Shown here one piece after another: positions 11,689-22,859 of a stretch of DNA of 64,000 nt. Every line of letters starts with the position of its first letter. Positions within the stretch are counted from its first letter, which is position 1. The position numbers and the translations under genes were made by a program. Source of the stretch: a virus (Duplodnaviria; Caudoviricetes); IMG/VR virus record IMGVR_UViG_3300033144_007704, positions 433 to 64,432 of that record; one strand, written 5' to 3'. The notes under the pieces were generated by a model, which searched no databases, was not told the origin of the DNA, and was given only the letters and a program-made list of their open reading frames with translations.

Positions 11689-12491
11689 AAATGGGAATAC
11701 ACACAGATATTGGCGAATGCCCAAATTGCGGCAAAGAAATGGAAGTCGGTATGAGTAATAAGCCATTTGACGCTGTCTGGGGGTTTTGTCTTAATTGTGG
11801 ATTTACTTATGAGACAATAACGAAATATTTGTCTTTGGAAGACTTAAATAAAGAGCGTGACGATGTTAATTTAGATGCTCTTAAAAAATTACCAAAACAA
11901 AAGGCGATTTAGGATGAAGGAATTTAAAAATGATTGGTGGATTAAACAAATAATTCCTTTAATTAATGAATATAAATGCGGAAGTGAAGATCCTCTGGAT
12001 GGCGATGAAGTTGATAACTTGTGTAATATCATAAAAGCAAAGATCAATTTACATCAAGGGAATATAACTGAAAAAGAATTTAGAGCAATGAAATTATATG
12101 TAGTGGAAGGGGAGCGGTAATGGAAAAATTACATTTCGGGCAATTTGTTTGGAATAACAAAGAAGGATGGACGTATTTAGGAATGGATGAAGATGGGACT
12201 ATTCAATTATGTCGACCTATACACAGGCATCCATTTCAGATCATTGAATTTGATCAAGTATATGTAGACGAGTTCGACGTGTTCTATAGGGAAAATGGGA
12301 TCAAGGTTAAGTCTTCAATAAAAGAAGCAGGATTGAATGAATCACTCAAATCTTATTACACAAATATCTTGACGAATTAGCTGCTGATTATATAGGCCAC
12401 ACTGGAAAGTTGTCTTCTGGAAATTCAATTAAAGATTTAATAGATTGGTCATATAGGCAGACAATTAATCCAACAGAAAAATAAAGCAACT

Positions 12492-12560
12492 TAGAACGGC
12501 AGGAAAAGAGATTATCCTCCTTCAGTAGTTTCTCTCTGATGTTGCCGTTCTTTTTTTTTT
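12492..12560 (+). terminator. Long hairpin with T tail (terminator or attenuator)
   Basis: AGAACGGCAG...TTGCCGTTCT followed by a run of about 10 T, directly before SD GAGGAG. Confidence 0.55.
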
Positions 12561-12574
12561 AAGAGGAGAGTATT

Positions 12575-13162
12575 ATAAAAATTATTGATTTAAAAGCAAA
12601 AAAAATCATCATAAACGACGATTTTGCTTTTGCAAACGTTGTTAATGATGAATTCGATTCAATCGTAAAAACAACGACAGAATCTGGAGAGAGTATTGAT
12701 TTTGATGACTATATAGTAGAAGTCATCGCAAATGAAGAAGAATTGAAAAATTTTTACTTATCTGCATTACATCTATCAATCGTAAGTTATTTTGCGTGTA
12801 AAACATCAGAGATTCTTTTTTCTCGAAATATCGACACTATCATTGATGATAGTGAGATAGTCTGTAAATATTTTAGAGATTCTTTCAATGAAAAAATAAA
12901 TATCATTGAAAGTTTTGATGAAAACGAAATAGAATTTCTTGAAATAGATTCTTATTATGAATCTATTGAGAAATTCTTGAAAAAAAAGGACTTAACAGTC
13001 ATTAATATTCATCCTGCTGATCTTGTAGAAGAAGCTGATTTTTATGATGATTTTGTCAATGGGTACAAAGATACTCGCTCTGACGATTTCGGATTAATTG
13101 AAATTCCTTCAGATACTAATGAAAACGGTATTTATGTTGTTGAAATTAATAATTACTATTGA
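12575..13162 (+). CDS. Acidic hypothetical protein, probably starting at ATA 12575
   Basis: Frame of ORF 12743..13162 is open upstream to ATA 12575, just after AAGAGGAG. Confidence 0.5.
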   Translation: MKIIDLKAKKIIINDDFAFANVVNDEFDSIVKTTTESGESIDFDDYIVEVIANEEELKNFYLSALHLSIVSYFACKTSEILFSRNIDTIIDDSEIVCKYFRDSFNEKINIIESFDENEIEFLEIDSYYESIEKFLKKKDLTVINIHPADLVEEADFYDDFVNGYKDTRSDDFGLIEIPSDTNENGIYVVEINNYY

Positions 13163-15031
13163 ACAATGTTGATTCCAGCAAGGATACACCTAACACGTGC
13201 AGCCCCTTTGGACTCAATGAGTTCAAAAACAAAAAGGAGATTATTATGAAATTAACAAAAAAAGAACTTTTATTTCTTGCAAAAATGCAGGAAAAATTGA
13301 ATCAGCATACCGAACTTACTGAAAAAGAAATTATCTTTTTATCAGCTTTAATGAAAAAAAGGAAACAAAAATGAAAAAGATGAAAAATTTCGGAACAATA
13401 GAAGATGTAGTTAAATCGATAAATGATGAGAGCAAATTTGAATTGATAGGCGATGAGATTAACGAACTTGAATATCTTGCTAATGAAACAAGAAAAATAG
13501 GCAATGCCTTTGAGATTGTCGGAAATGAGGCCATGAGTGAAAGGCTGATCAGTAAGGCATACGGTATTGAGATGGCCTGTAGAAAACTTAAAAAGATAAT
13601 CTCAGAAATCGAAAAGGAGCAGAAAAGATGAATATTATAAAACGCTTATTTTGTAATCACGACTATAAGATTATAAATCAATTTGAAATGAAGAGCGAGT
13701 TTGATATTGTTGCAGAAAATGGATGGACACCTCGCTCATGGTGTAGGTTAAAAAGACAAACTATTACTGATTATAAATGTATAAAGTGCAAAAAGATGAA
13801 GCGACTTATAGTTAAAACAGCTTAGGGGAGGCTTTAGATGAAATTAATAGAAGCAATTAGGGATTCTCTACAAGGGATGGTCTTCTATGATGAGCATAGA
13901 GATGAATATTCTATTTTAACTGGTTATATTTCCGGTGATGGAATATGTGAATTTGTATTTTTAGACAAAACAACATTAAGGCATAAATATTATGCCTCAA
14001 AAGAAATTGCATACATGAGAGATTATGAGCAAATAACAGACAAACACCTTATTGATAGAGTTGAGAGAGCACTTAAAAATTACAGGAAAGAGATAAAGGA
14101 CGGAGAAAATGGAAAAAATTAAACAAGAAGCCGCCATTAGATCTATAACAAGAACATCTGATGGGGTTGTCTTTACAATTGGCGACAATATAAACGTATT
14201 GGTGTCTCATCGAGTTAAAATTCTAGATAAAATAATTGGATTTCACATTAATATGGGAATTTTAAACATGAATGAGCCTTTTATATTGGTGGACACTAAA
14301 TTAAAGAACAATAGTTGGTGTCTATCTGACATATTAGGCGTGAGCCCGGAGGATATTGAATTAGTGGAGGAAAAATGAAAAAACATACATATCCCCAATA
14401 TTGTTATGTTTATGATGAGAACGGGAAAGAGATATTGAATGTAATAACTCAATTATATAAAGTTGGAATTTATATAGCGGTTTATTCTGCAGGCAATAGT
14501 ATTCCTGATCAATTTAGCACAAATTCTATAGGTGCGAAGAAATTTATGAAGCAGTTTTCACGCAACAATCTAAAGAAAGGTTATTCTTCTAAGTTTGGAC
14601 CGGAGATTACCGTGGCTGAAATAGATGGATTTTGGGAAAAGGTAGCGTGAATGAAAATAAGGGATGAAAAATGAACATAAAAATAAAAGGTTCAAAGTTA
14701 ATTATCTTTTTCGATGAAGAAGAGATAAAGGAAATTCGAGAAGATTTAGAGAGTAAAACCATTGATATAATTTGGACCAATCTTTTTTATAATGATGTTT
14801 ATTCTCTTGGAAATAATTCAGATTATGATTATTGGTGTCCTGATTCTCTAATGCATGAATATTGCGGAGCATTAACATCGAGTCCTTTAATCACCAAGGG
14901 AGCCATTATGGATGACAAAGGAGATATCAGTGATGTAGAAATAATTTCATGGTTTCCAAATTATCAAGTTGAAAATGAATTCAATCAACTTCCGGAAATC
15001 ATATTCGATATAGCTTAAAGGAGAAAGAAAG

Positions 15032-15796
15032 ATGAAAACATATGCTATTATTAGCATGAGCAAAGAACAATGCATAGCGGTGAGAACAAAATTAATTAAA
15101 GGCGGGATAGAATGGATATGTGAAGGAGGCAAAAATCCACGCTTACACTCAGATGATAAACATATTACTCTTGTTGCAGGTCCTGAAATGGGTCGTATCG
15201 GCAAGTATGATGCAGATAGTATTTCAGTTGCAATTAACTATGCTCAGGAGAGGAATTATGAAATCATCACAGCCTATAAATTCTTGGAAAATCCGACAAT
15301 TATTCCAGGATATATTAAGGCCTATAAAGAAAAAAAGAAAACGGGAAAGAATAAATTTGCTATTCTCAGTACAGATAGAGAACAGTGCGCTAAAGTAAGG
15401 GTAGAATTAATTAGAGGCGGAATATTATGGGAAGGCGGAAAGAAAGACCCTTATTTATACCCAAATGATAAATATGTTACACTTGTTTATCGGAACAAGA
15501 TTCATCGCTCTGTTATTTACGACATATGCGATATGTTAGCGGCTATTGATTTAGCCCAAAAATATAATTGTTCTATAGTCATAGCAAGTAAATTTCTGAA
15601 AAATCCAACAATTATTCCGGGATGGAAAGAGCCGTCGAAGGAACCCATGTCGGAAGCGATGATAGAAACTTCTTTCGGTAAAGTTTCCTTAAGTACAATT
15701 GAGGAAATGTTAGAAAAGCATTTTGAAAAGAGAAAAAACGAATCCGTTAATATGGCGCATTGTGATATCCAATGGAAGTTGGAAAGTAATAGCTAA
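15032..15796 (+). CDS. Hypothetical protein with an internal duplicated domain
   Basis: YAIISMSKEQCIAVRTKLIKGGIEW...KFLENPTIIPG repeated as FAILSTDREQCAKVRVELIRGGILW...KFLKNPTIIPG. Confidence 0.75.
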   Translation: MKTYAIISMSKEQCIAVRTKLIKGGIEWICEGGKNPRLHSDDKHITLVAGPEMGRIGKYDADSISVAINYAQERNYEIITAYKFLENPTIIPGYIKAYKEKKKTGKNKFAILSTDREQCAKVRVELIRGGILWEGGKKDPYLYPNDKYVTLVYRNKIHRSVIYDICDMLAAIDLAQKYNCSIVIASKFLKNPTIIPGWKEPSKEPMSEAMIETSFGKVSLSTIEEMLEKHFEKRKNESVNMAHCDIQWKLESNS

Positions 15797-16906
15797 ATTT
15801 AATCGAAACCCAGAATTATCTAAAGCAGATTATGTTTTTAATAATGGCACTCAGTATGAGGTTAATCACATAACATACAATGTTGCCACTAATCGCGTAA
15901 CAATAGCTATCATTAAATCGTAGGAGGAGGAACAAGATGTTTGAAGGAATTGTTGGAGTTATAGGAATGGCATGGCTAACAATTATGTTGCTTATAATCG
16001 CATTATGGTTATTTATAGGTGTGCTTTTTAGAAAAAGATGGTGGATAGTATATGCAAATGATAAGAAAAACATTTGGAAGATAGTGGCAAAATTGAATTT
16101 TAATCCCGGATTAACTGAAGACGATCTGGTTGAGATAGATGGCAAAGATTGCATAGTCACCATGATAACCTACATAAAGGGCTATACGGAAATAGTTGTT
16201 GAAGATCTGGATAAATAGAATGTTTGGGCGTAATCATATGTTTGGAAAAGTTGAAGACGGTTATCAAATATTCTAAAAGCGAGGAAAGACTATAGTCTCG
16301 CTACATAACCCTTGTTCTCATAAATGGGGCACTGGGCACGAGCTATAAAAAAGGAGACACAATGAAATGTAAAATAATGTGCAAGGTTGATGATTCGTGG
16401 AAAATCCTCGATGAATTATCAGAGGATCCTGGATTAAATAAAGGAGACATTGTCGTGTTGGCTAAGGATGATAAAATTGTTCAATATGGAGTATTGAGAA
16501 GATTTTACTTCAATACTATTGGTAAAAAGACGGGATTTGTAGGAATAATTGTAGAGAAATTAAATGTTAATTATGTGGACATCTGTTTGGTTGAATAAGA
16601 AAATGTCTTGACAAAATTGTTGGGAAAGGTCAAAAATATGTATAATAATATTTTCGGCCTTTCTTATTATTCTTGAAATAAGGGAGCAAGTAGATAAAAC
16701 AAGATTATAAGGTGTAAAAAGATTATGAAAACAAATAGGAAAAATGTGAATCGCGCAAACAAAGATGATACGTCCGGTATGATTAAGTATGGGACAAATC
16801 CTCTTGAGTTGGGAGATAAAACTATTAAAAACCCTAAAGAACTCAGAAAAAATGTTGCTGATAGGAAAATTAAAAGAAAAAAACAACTGCACAAAAAGGA
16901 AAAGGA

Positions 16907-17962
16907 ATGATTATTGCCCGAAAAGTTTATGTTGAACAAGACGCAGACGGTAAATATTTTGCCCGGGATATTAAGTCTGGAATAACGTATATACCTTTAA
17001 CATTCTTGCGTTTAAACGACACAATTATAACAAAGAATTTATCATCCAGTCCAGCTCTATTATTAGAGACCGGAGGACAGTATTTTATATTAGGATATTT
17101 CACTAGATCTCAATACCAGGAAGACGAACAAATAATATTAGTAGACGACGAGTTATTTATTAAAGCAGGAGAATCGAGAGTTATCGTGATATCGCCCACT
17201 GGAACTATTGGTATATATGATTTTATAAGAAAACCCGACGGCAAAATAATTAAAACTCCTAAAATATTATATGATGGAGAAACCGACGATCTTACATTTA
17301 ATGTTGATCAACTTATCTTATCTATGTATGGGGCTGGTTCCCACGGGAATGTTACTCTTGAAAGAGACGCTGTGACCGGAAATTTCTCATACAAGATCGA
17401 AGGAAAGGCAAGCGATAAAGATGGATCTCCAAGATTTAGCATGAAAATAGAAAATACTTTGTCTGGACCTGTTTTAACATACAAAATGGACAATACGCCA
17501 TCTCCAATTAATCCGGCGTTTAAAGCTGCCTCATTTTTGCCTGTAACGACATTACAGATGAAGTTAGGATCCCAGAGTCCAACTGGCAAGGTAATCGATA
17601 TAACGGTTAATGAATTATTTGAATTTACCGTGGATATGCTTGGTAATGTCTCATTGAAGTCCGGTCCGGCCGGAATGGGTGAAATTAAAATGCAGCCGAC
17701 AGGACAAATAGACATGAATACTGGTAAAGGATTGGGAACTATTCAAATGTTACCTACCGGAGCTATTAAGATTAATGGGAAAGCGGGAGTATCTTTAAAG
17801 GGACCGAGTGCAGAGTTAATGACTGTGTTGGCTGATTTTATGCAACTATATATGACGCATATTGTTCCGACGGGCACAGGTCCAAGCGGGCCTCCTACTA
17901 ATGCTGCCGCAGCAGCTATTCTTAAGGCAAAACTTCTTGCAGGAATAAAGGGGACGGCATAA
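16907..17962 (+). CDS. Baseplate spike / gp5-gpV-like protein
   Basis: Beta-repeat C-terminal half (IKMQPTGQIDMN, IQMLPTGAIKIN) ending THIVPTGTGPSGPPTNAA. Confidence 0.65.
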   Translation: MIIARKVYVEQDADGKYFARDIKSGITYIPLTFLRLNDTIITKNLSSSPALLLETGGQYFILGYFTRSQYQEDEQIILVDDELFIKAGESRVIVISPTGTIGIYDFIRKPDGKIIKTPKILYDGETDDLTFNVDQLILSMYGAGSHGNVTLERDAVTGNFSYKIEGKASDKDGSPRFSMKIENTLSGPVLTYKMDNTPSPINPAFKAASFLPVTTLQMKLGSQSPTGKVIDITVNELFEFTVDMLGNVSLKSGPAGMGEIKMQPTGQIDMNTGKGLGTIQMLPTGAIKINGKAGVSLKGPSAELMTVLADFMQLYMTHIVPTGTGPSGPPTNAAAAAILKAKLLAGIKGTA

Positions 17963-18203
17963 ATAAAACAAAGGAACATAAAGGGGGAGCGGTGAAATAC
18001 GAATTAATTATATTAAAACATGGCAGAGCATCCAAGATAAAAGATTATGACACGTTGAAAGAGGCAAAGCGTGAAGCGGTCAAGGATTATGGCGATATTA
18101 TCCATTGGTACAAGGATAAAGATCAATGGTTTTCGAAAGAATTAGACTTTATGAAATATCGCATTAAAAAAGTTTTTGGGAAAATGCCGTTTTAAATTTT
18201 AAT

Positions 18204-18281
18204 GTTGGCTGAACGCAAATTGGATTAGCGGATAGATTGTGGCTCTATTGTTTGCCGGTTCGAATCCGGTCGGTCAACCCA
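18204..18281 (+). tRNA. tRNA-His (GTG)
   Basis: G-1 plus TTGGCTG/CGGTCAA acceptor, C73, encoded CCA; anticodon arm ATAGA-ttGTGgc-TCTAT; T arm GCCGG-TTCGAAT-CCGGT. Confidence 0.9.
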
Positions 18282-19705
18282 ATTTTATGTCAAAAAAGGC
18301 AAAAAATTAAGTTATTTAATACCAATAACTTAGTTAAAATGTTACTATTAGCGAAGACAACTATTTGGATGCGGATTATTCGCGATAAATTTAACGTGAA
18401 TTACAGTGATAAAATATAAGAAAAGGCGTCTCAGTTATTTTATGTGTTAAAAAATTCAGAAAAAGTTATGTGTTTTTCTGGGAAAAAATAAGGAGGAAAG
18501 GAAAACGGATAGTCTAACTACGGGAATAAAACAAAAAAGAGAGAATTGGAATAAATTTGAAGCTATTATTCGTAAGCAATTTGAGCATGGTGCAGAGAAA
18601 TATAAATTTGATGAGCAAATGGAATGGACAGATATTATATGTCAGATGTCGCCAGGAAAAACCGGATTTGATTGGATATTACAAACAATAGCAAAATATG
18701 CAGGAAGATATTTACAATTCAAAAGAGAAAAGGATTTAATTAAAATAGCTACTTATTGTTATATAGCGTGGTTAAAAGGCGGATATCATTTATTAAAAAC
18801 ACCAGATGACGATAGTTTATCATCGTAAAGAGAAATTTAAAAGGAGGATTTATAAAATTTTTAGAATTATCTGATTTGCATAATCTTGATTGCCAAAAAA
18901 AATCAGGAAACAAAAGATAGATATGAACTCTGGCAAAAATTAGAGGATGGACGTTTAATAATGCTGAGAAGCTGGAATAAAAAATCTCTTTTGTTTATTA
19001 CTATTGATTTTAATTTAATTACTAATTAATAAAATAGGAGAAAATGTGAAATGTTTAAAATGTAAGCGTGAATATTCTTTTAAAGATTTGAATAAAATTG
19101 ATGATATTACAATTAATCAACTTGATGATGACCCAAATATTGAAGTTAAGTTTTATTGCCCAAACTGTGAAGAAGAAATTGCTTTTGTAAGAATACACGA
19201 AGATGATTTAATTATAGTAGATTATTAAGTTCCATACAGGCATTTATAGAGCATAATGATATGCGTATGCCGTGCAAAATGGAGGAGAATATTATGTGGG
19301 GAGAAATAAACCTTTATTGCCCAAATTGTGAAATAGAGCTAAAAACAAAGTGGAAGGCAGGAATACTATATCACTATTGTGATGAATGCGGTTATGAAGT
19401 TACTAATAGTTATAGCATTGCCGTAAAATTGTGGGAACAATATCTTGAAATATTAGATATGATAGAGCAGACAAAAACAATAACCTTAATATCTGCTTTT
19501 GATGAACAAAGAACAAAACTCCATCATAATCTAATAAAATTTTATGAACAGGAGAATCAAGATTTTGATATAACATTATTTAATAATTTATGTCATAATA
19601 TCAATAGGGTGGCAAGGCTGGAAGATGGAATAAAATATAACTCCAAGATATTAGCAAAAATATCATTTAGCAATAATCAATTAAAGTCTGCTATGCAGAA
19701 ATGAA

Positions 19706-19790
19706 ATATAATGAGAAGAGTATGCCGTGCGATTTCGGAGAAATCAAACGGCTACTACAAATAAAACAAGCACGGACACTTATGTTATGT
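19706..19790 (+). repeat. attC-like imperfect palindrome (site B)
   Basis: ATATAAT...TGCCGTGC [loop] GCACGG-A-CAC...GTTATGT, between a stop (19704) and SD GGAGG/ATG 19806. Confidence 0.5.
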
Positions 19791-20050
19791 GCTGTGGAGG
19801 AAAGTATGAAGAATTTTAAAACAAAGCCAGTGAGTAAAGCACCAGCGTTACCAAAAGACAAAGAACAACTTATAATTGATCCACCATATATAATGTTCGG
19901 ATATCCATCAATTCCAACATCTCAATCAATAATTATGAAAGTTGGTGGATTACGTAAAATATTAGACGAATTAAATGATGAAGATAGTTTGCGAATAGAA
20001 TGGTTTGCTGGTTTTAGAGCTACAGAATATAGCGTAATACCACATAAATA

Positions 20051-20172
20051 GCACATAACGACCAAACGTGCCACGTATCGAAAAAGGGTTTGTGGTAGGA
20101 TGCGGAATCTGAAACCCTGAAATAACCAATCAGATCGCAGTAAACGTACCACGTGGACACAATGTTATGCGA
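20051..20172 (+). repeat. attC-like imperfect palindrome (site C)
   Basis: ACATAAC...GTGCCACGT [inner GGGTTT/AAACCC] ACGTGG-A-CAC...GTTATGC, between a stop (20051) and SD AGGAGG. Confidence 0.6.
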
Positions 20173-20997
20173 TACGAAAGGAGGAATAGATGTCATATAA
20201 ACCAAAGGAACGGTGCAAAATTATCAGGATGAATATAACGAATTGTGTTGGTATGGGGCTTCACAGGTTTCTTTCGGAGGAAAAATGAATGTAAAAGAAA
20301 TTTTAATAGAGTGGCTTAAGGATCACGGCTGTGATGGACTTTGCAATACAGATATCGGATGTGGCTGCGGATTTACAAGTTGCATTCCAGGCGATACTTA
20401 TTCAAATGATTTCATTCCTTGTGAAGACATAAATGAAAATGAATGCCAGCCTGCATATAGGTGGGAATGTGAAAAATGTATGGAAAAATCAGAATGTTTA
20501 TGGTATGATGAAGGCAAAACTGATGGATGTTGGAAAACGACTAAACAGAGGGCCGGATAACGTCAAGACAAGATTCATTATTTGAATTCAAAAAAAACCC
20601 TGGAATTCAATCCACAAAACAGAATACACGTGGGAAGATAACCCTTTTGTTTTCATACACAGATTTGAACGATATAAAAGGAAATGAAATGAATAAACAC
20701 GAAATTAGATTAGAATCAGAAAAAAGAATGTTGCAATTAAAAAAAGGTGATGAAGTAACTAATATTTGCACAACTGATATAGACCAGATGCATCATTGTT
20801 GCTTTGTTAAATATGTACTGAATCCATATAAAAATAAATATGGAGTTCCGATGTGTAAAAAATTTGTGAAATGTAGGAAATACATCAGTGGAAAATATCA
20901 TATTAGCAACTTTAATATAAACGTGATATATAAAGGGCATTTGACACAAGAAGAATGTGATAAATTATATGCCCCGATATGGAAAGCAGAATTTAGT

Positions 20998-21113
20998 ACA
21001 TAATCCGGCGTGTGCCATATATCGAAAAAGAGTTTGTAGTAGCGTGTGTAATCCTGAAACTCTGAAATAACCAATTAGATCGCAGTAAGCACATGATGTG
21101 GACACGCTCATTA
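20998..21113 (+). repeat. Diverged copy of site C (site D)
   Basis: Shares TATCGAAAAAG.GTTTGT.GTAG, CTGAAAC.CTGAAATAACCAAT.AGATCGCAGTAA and GTGGACAC; compensatory GAGTTT/AAACTC; overlaps the TAA of the upstream gene. Confidence 0.7.
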
Positions 21114-21145
21114 CTCAATATTTCGTTAAGTGAAGATGATAAAAG

Positions 21146-21201
21146 AGGAGCAGAAATGAAACTATGTTTATTGCGAAGATAAAGATGGAAACATTGTTTA
21201 T
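21146..21201 (+). pseudogene. Internally deleted paralog of the gene at 22863..23066
   Basis: GCAGAAATGAAACTATG joined directly to TTATTGCGAAGATAAAGATGGAAACATTGT (YCEDKDGNIV versus YCEDKYGNIV). Confidence 0.65.
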
Positions 21202-21357
21202 ATAGATATAAGTGTTACCTTGGGTTAAGGAGATATTAAACAGTAGCCATTAACGTGAAAGAATCTATGGTTATCTAAAGAAACAGTTTGACACAAAAAG
21301 ATAAAAAATAACTTGACAATACAGAAGATAACATTATTTTATAGAAAAGGAGAAAAT

Positions 21358-21537
21358 ATGAAATTAAATAAATTTGCTGAAAAACTTGGGATTACATACC
21401 AGACGGCGTGGAAATGGTATAAAGCCGGCAGGATACACGGAGCTTATCAAACTGAAACAGGCACAATACTTGTTCCTGAAGATGGCTACGTTAAACGTAA
21501 GGTCGTAACTGAAAAACTAAAAGAAGCTAAAAAATAG
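21358..21537 (+). CDS. Truncated IS607 TnpA (MerR-like HTH only)
   Basis: MKLNKFAEKLGITYQTAWKWYKAGRIHGAYQTETGTILVPE resembles the N-terminus of 4638..5201; no catalytic domain. Confidence 0.8.
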   Translation: MKLNKFAEKLGITYQTAWKWYKAGRIHGAYQTETGTILVPEDGYVKRKVVTEKLKEAKK

Positions 21538-21546
21538 TGTGATAAT

Positions 21547-22719
21547 ATGTTGAAAGCCTATAAAACTGAGATTAATCCAACCGGGGAACAGCGAATAAAG
21601 ATGAACAAAACGTTCGGAGTGTGCCGGTTTGTCTATAACTTATTTTTACAGGAGAATAAGAAGCTCTATAAAGAAAGCGGCAAATATATGTCGGGATATG
21701 ATTTCAGTAGGTGGTTAAATAATGAATTCATCCCGAACAACCCATCCTTTTCATGGATAAAAGAAGTTGGATCGAAAGCGGTTAAGAAGTCAATCATGAA
21801 TGCAGATACAGCATTTAAAAAGTTCTTTAAAAAAGAATCTGGTTTTCCGAAATTCAAGAAAAGAAACAGCAGAAAAACGTGTTATTTTCCGAAGAACAAT
21901 AAATATGATTTAACAGCAGAACGTCACCGCATCAAAATCCCGACATTCGGATTTGTGAGGCTTAAGGAATATGGGTATATTCCAATTGAAGCCAGTGTAA
22001 AATCATGTGTTATCTCAATGGATGTCGACAGATATTTCGTGTCAGCGTTATGTGAAGTGAGTGAATGCGAATCGCAGAAAAAAGGGATACTTCTGGGTAT
22101 TGGAATCGATCTCGGAATCAAGCAACTTGCTGTCTGCAGTAATGGTAAGATGTTTGAAAACATTAACAAGACACAAAAAGTTAAGAAATTAGAAAAGAAG
22201 TTAAGGCGTGAACAACGTGCCTTAAGCCGGAAGATGCTGAAAAGAAAAAAAATAAAAAAGGAGGAGTCTATCAAAAGCCGTCCGGCGAATATCATAAAGA
22301 ACATTTTGAGAGTGCAGAGATTACATAGACGATTACGTTTAATACGGGTCGAATATATAAGAACTGTGGTGAATTCACTTGTTTTAGCCAATAATTTACC
22401 ATCTTATGTAGCGATTGAAGATTTAAACGTGCGAGGCATGATGAAGAACAAGCATCTCAGTAAAGCTATCCAGCAACAACTGTTCGGATATTTTCGTCGA
22501 TATCTTATTCAGAGAACGAATAAGTATGGCGTTGAGGTTCGGATAATTAATCGTTTTTACGCGTCCAGTAAGATATGTAATGCTTGCGGATCAATAAATG
22601 ATAAGTTAAAGTTATCGGATAGGATTTATCGATGTGTGCATTGTGGAAACGTCATCGACCGCGACGTGAACGCTTCGTTCAATATACGAGATTGTAATGA
22701 CTATAAAATTGCAGCATAA
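21547..22719 (+). CDS. tnpB: TnpB RNA-guided endonuclease
   Basis: MLKAYKTEINPT, FGVCRFVYN, GFPKFK, RuvC GIDLG / IEDL / DRDVNA, Zn ribbon CNAC...CVHC. Confidence 0.95.
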   Translation: MLKAYKTEINPTGEQRIKMNKTFGVCRFVYNLFLQENKKLYKESGKYMSGYDFSRWLNNEFIPNNPSFSWIKEVGSKAVKKSIMNADTAFKKFFKKESGFPKFKKRNSRKTCYFPKNNKYDLTAERHRIKIPTFGFVRLKEYGYIPIEASVKSCVISMDVDRYFVSALCEVSECESQKKGILLGIGIDLGIKQLAVCSNGKMFENINKTQKVKKLEKKLRREQRALSRKMLKRKKIKKEESIKSRPANIIKNILRVQRLHRRLRLIRVEYIRTVVNSLVLANNLPSYVAIEDLNVRGMMKNKHLSKAIQQQLFGYFRRYLIQRTNKYGVEVRIINRFYASSKICNACGSINDKLKLSDRIYRCVHCGNVIDRDVNASFNIRDCNDYKIAA

Positions 22720-22859
22720 TATTATAGTACCGTCGGCTAAGACGGGAATTTACGCCTGTGGAGTGTTATATCAAACGCGAGTAGCTTCGGCCAAAGCGGA
22801 TACAGTGAAGCAGGAAAACTCAAAAGTTTATAGATATTTATAGGCTTTTGTTAGCAGCA
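22720..22859 (+). ncRNA. TnpB omegaRNA scaffold / element right end
   Basis: TACCG..GGCTA...GGGAAT.TA.GCCTGTGGA.TGTT.TATCAAACG...GAAGCAGGAAAACTCA...TTTTGTTAGCAGCA, conserved with 37234..37393. Confidence 0.75.

Larger units (their letters stand above)
6937..16598 (+). other. Array of roughly 30 small co-directional hypothetical phage genes, several with CxxC Zn-ribbons
   Basis: ORF track; strong SD motifs (GGAG/GGAGG) and ATGA/TAATG overlaps throughout. Confidence 0.75.
21270..22859 (+). mobile_element. Non-autonomous IS607-type element (HTH-only tnpA remnant + tnpB + omegaRNA); left end approximate
   Basis: Gene content; right end TTTTGTTAGCAGCA shared with the remnant ending at 37393. Confidence 0.75.

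Noticed and set aside
18237-18419. 60-aa ORF
   Set aside because: Overlaps the tRNA-His gene and has no SD.
20561-20690. Another attC-like site after the gene ending at 20560
   Set aside because: Begins GATAAC but has no matching right arm; the tract reads as a gene fragment (WNSIHKTEYTWEDNPFVF).
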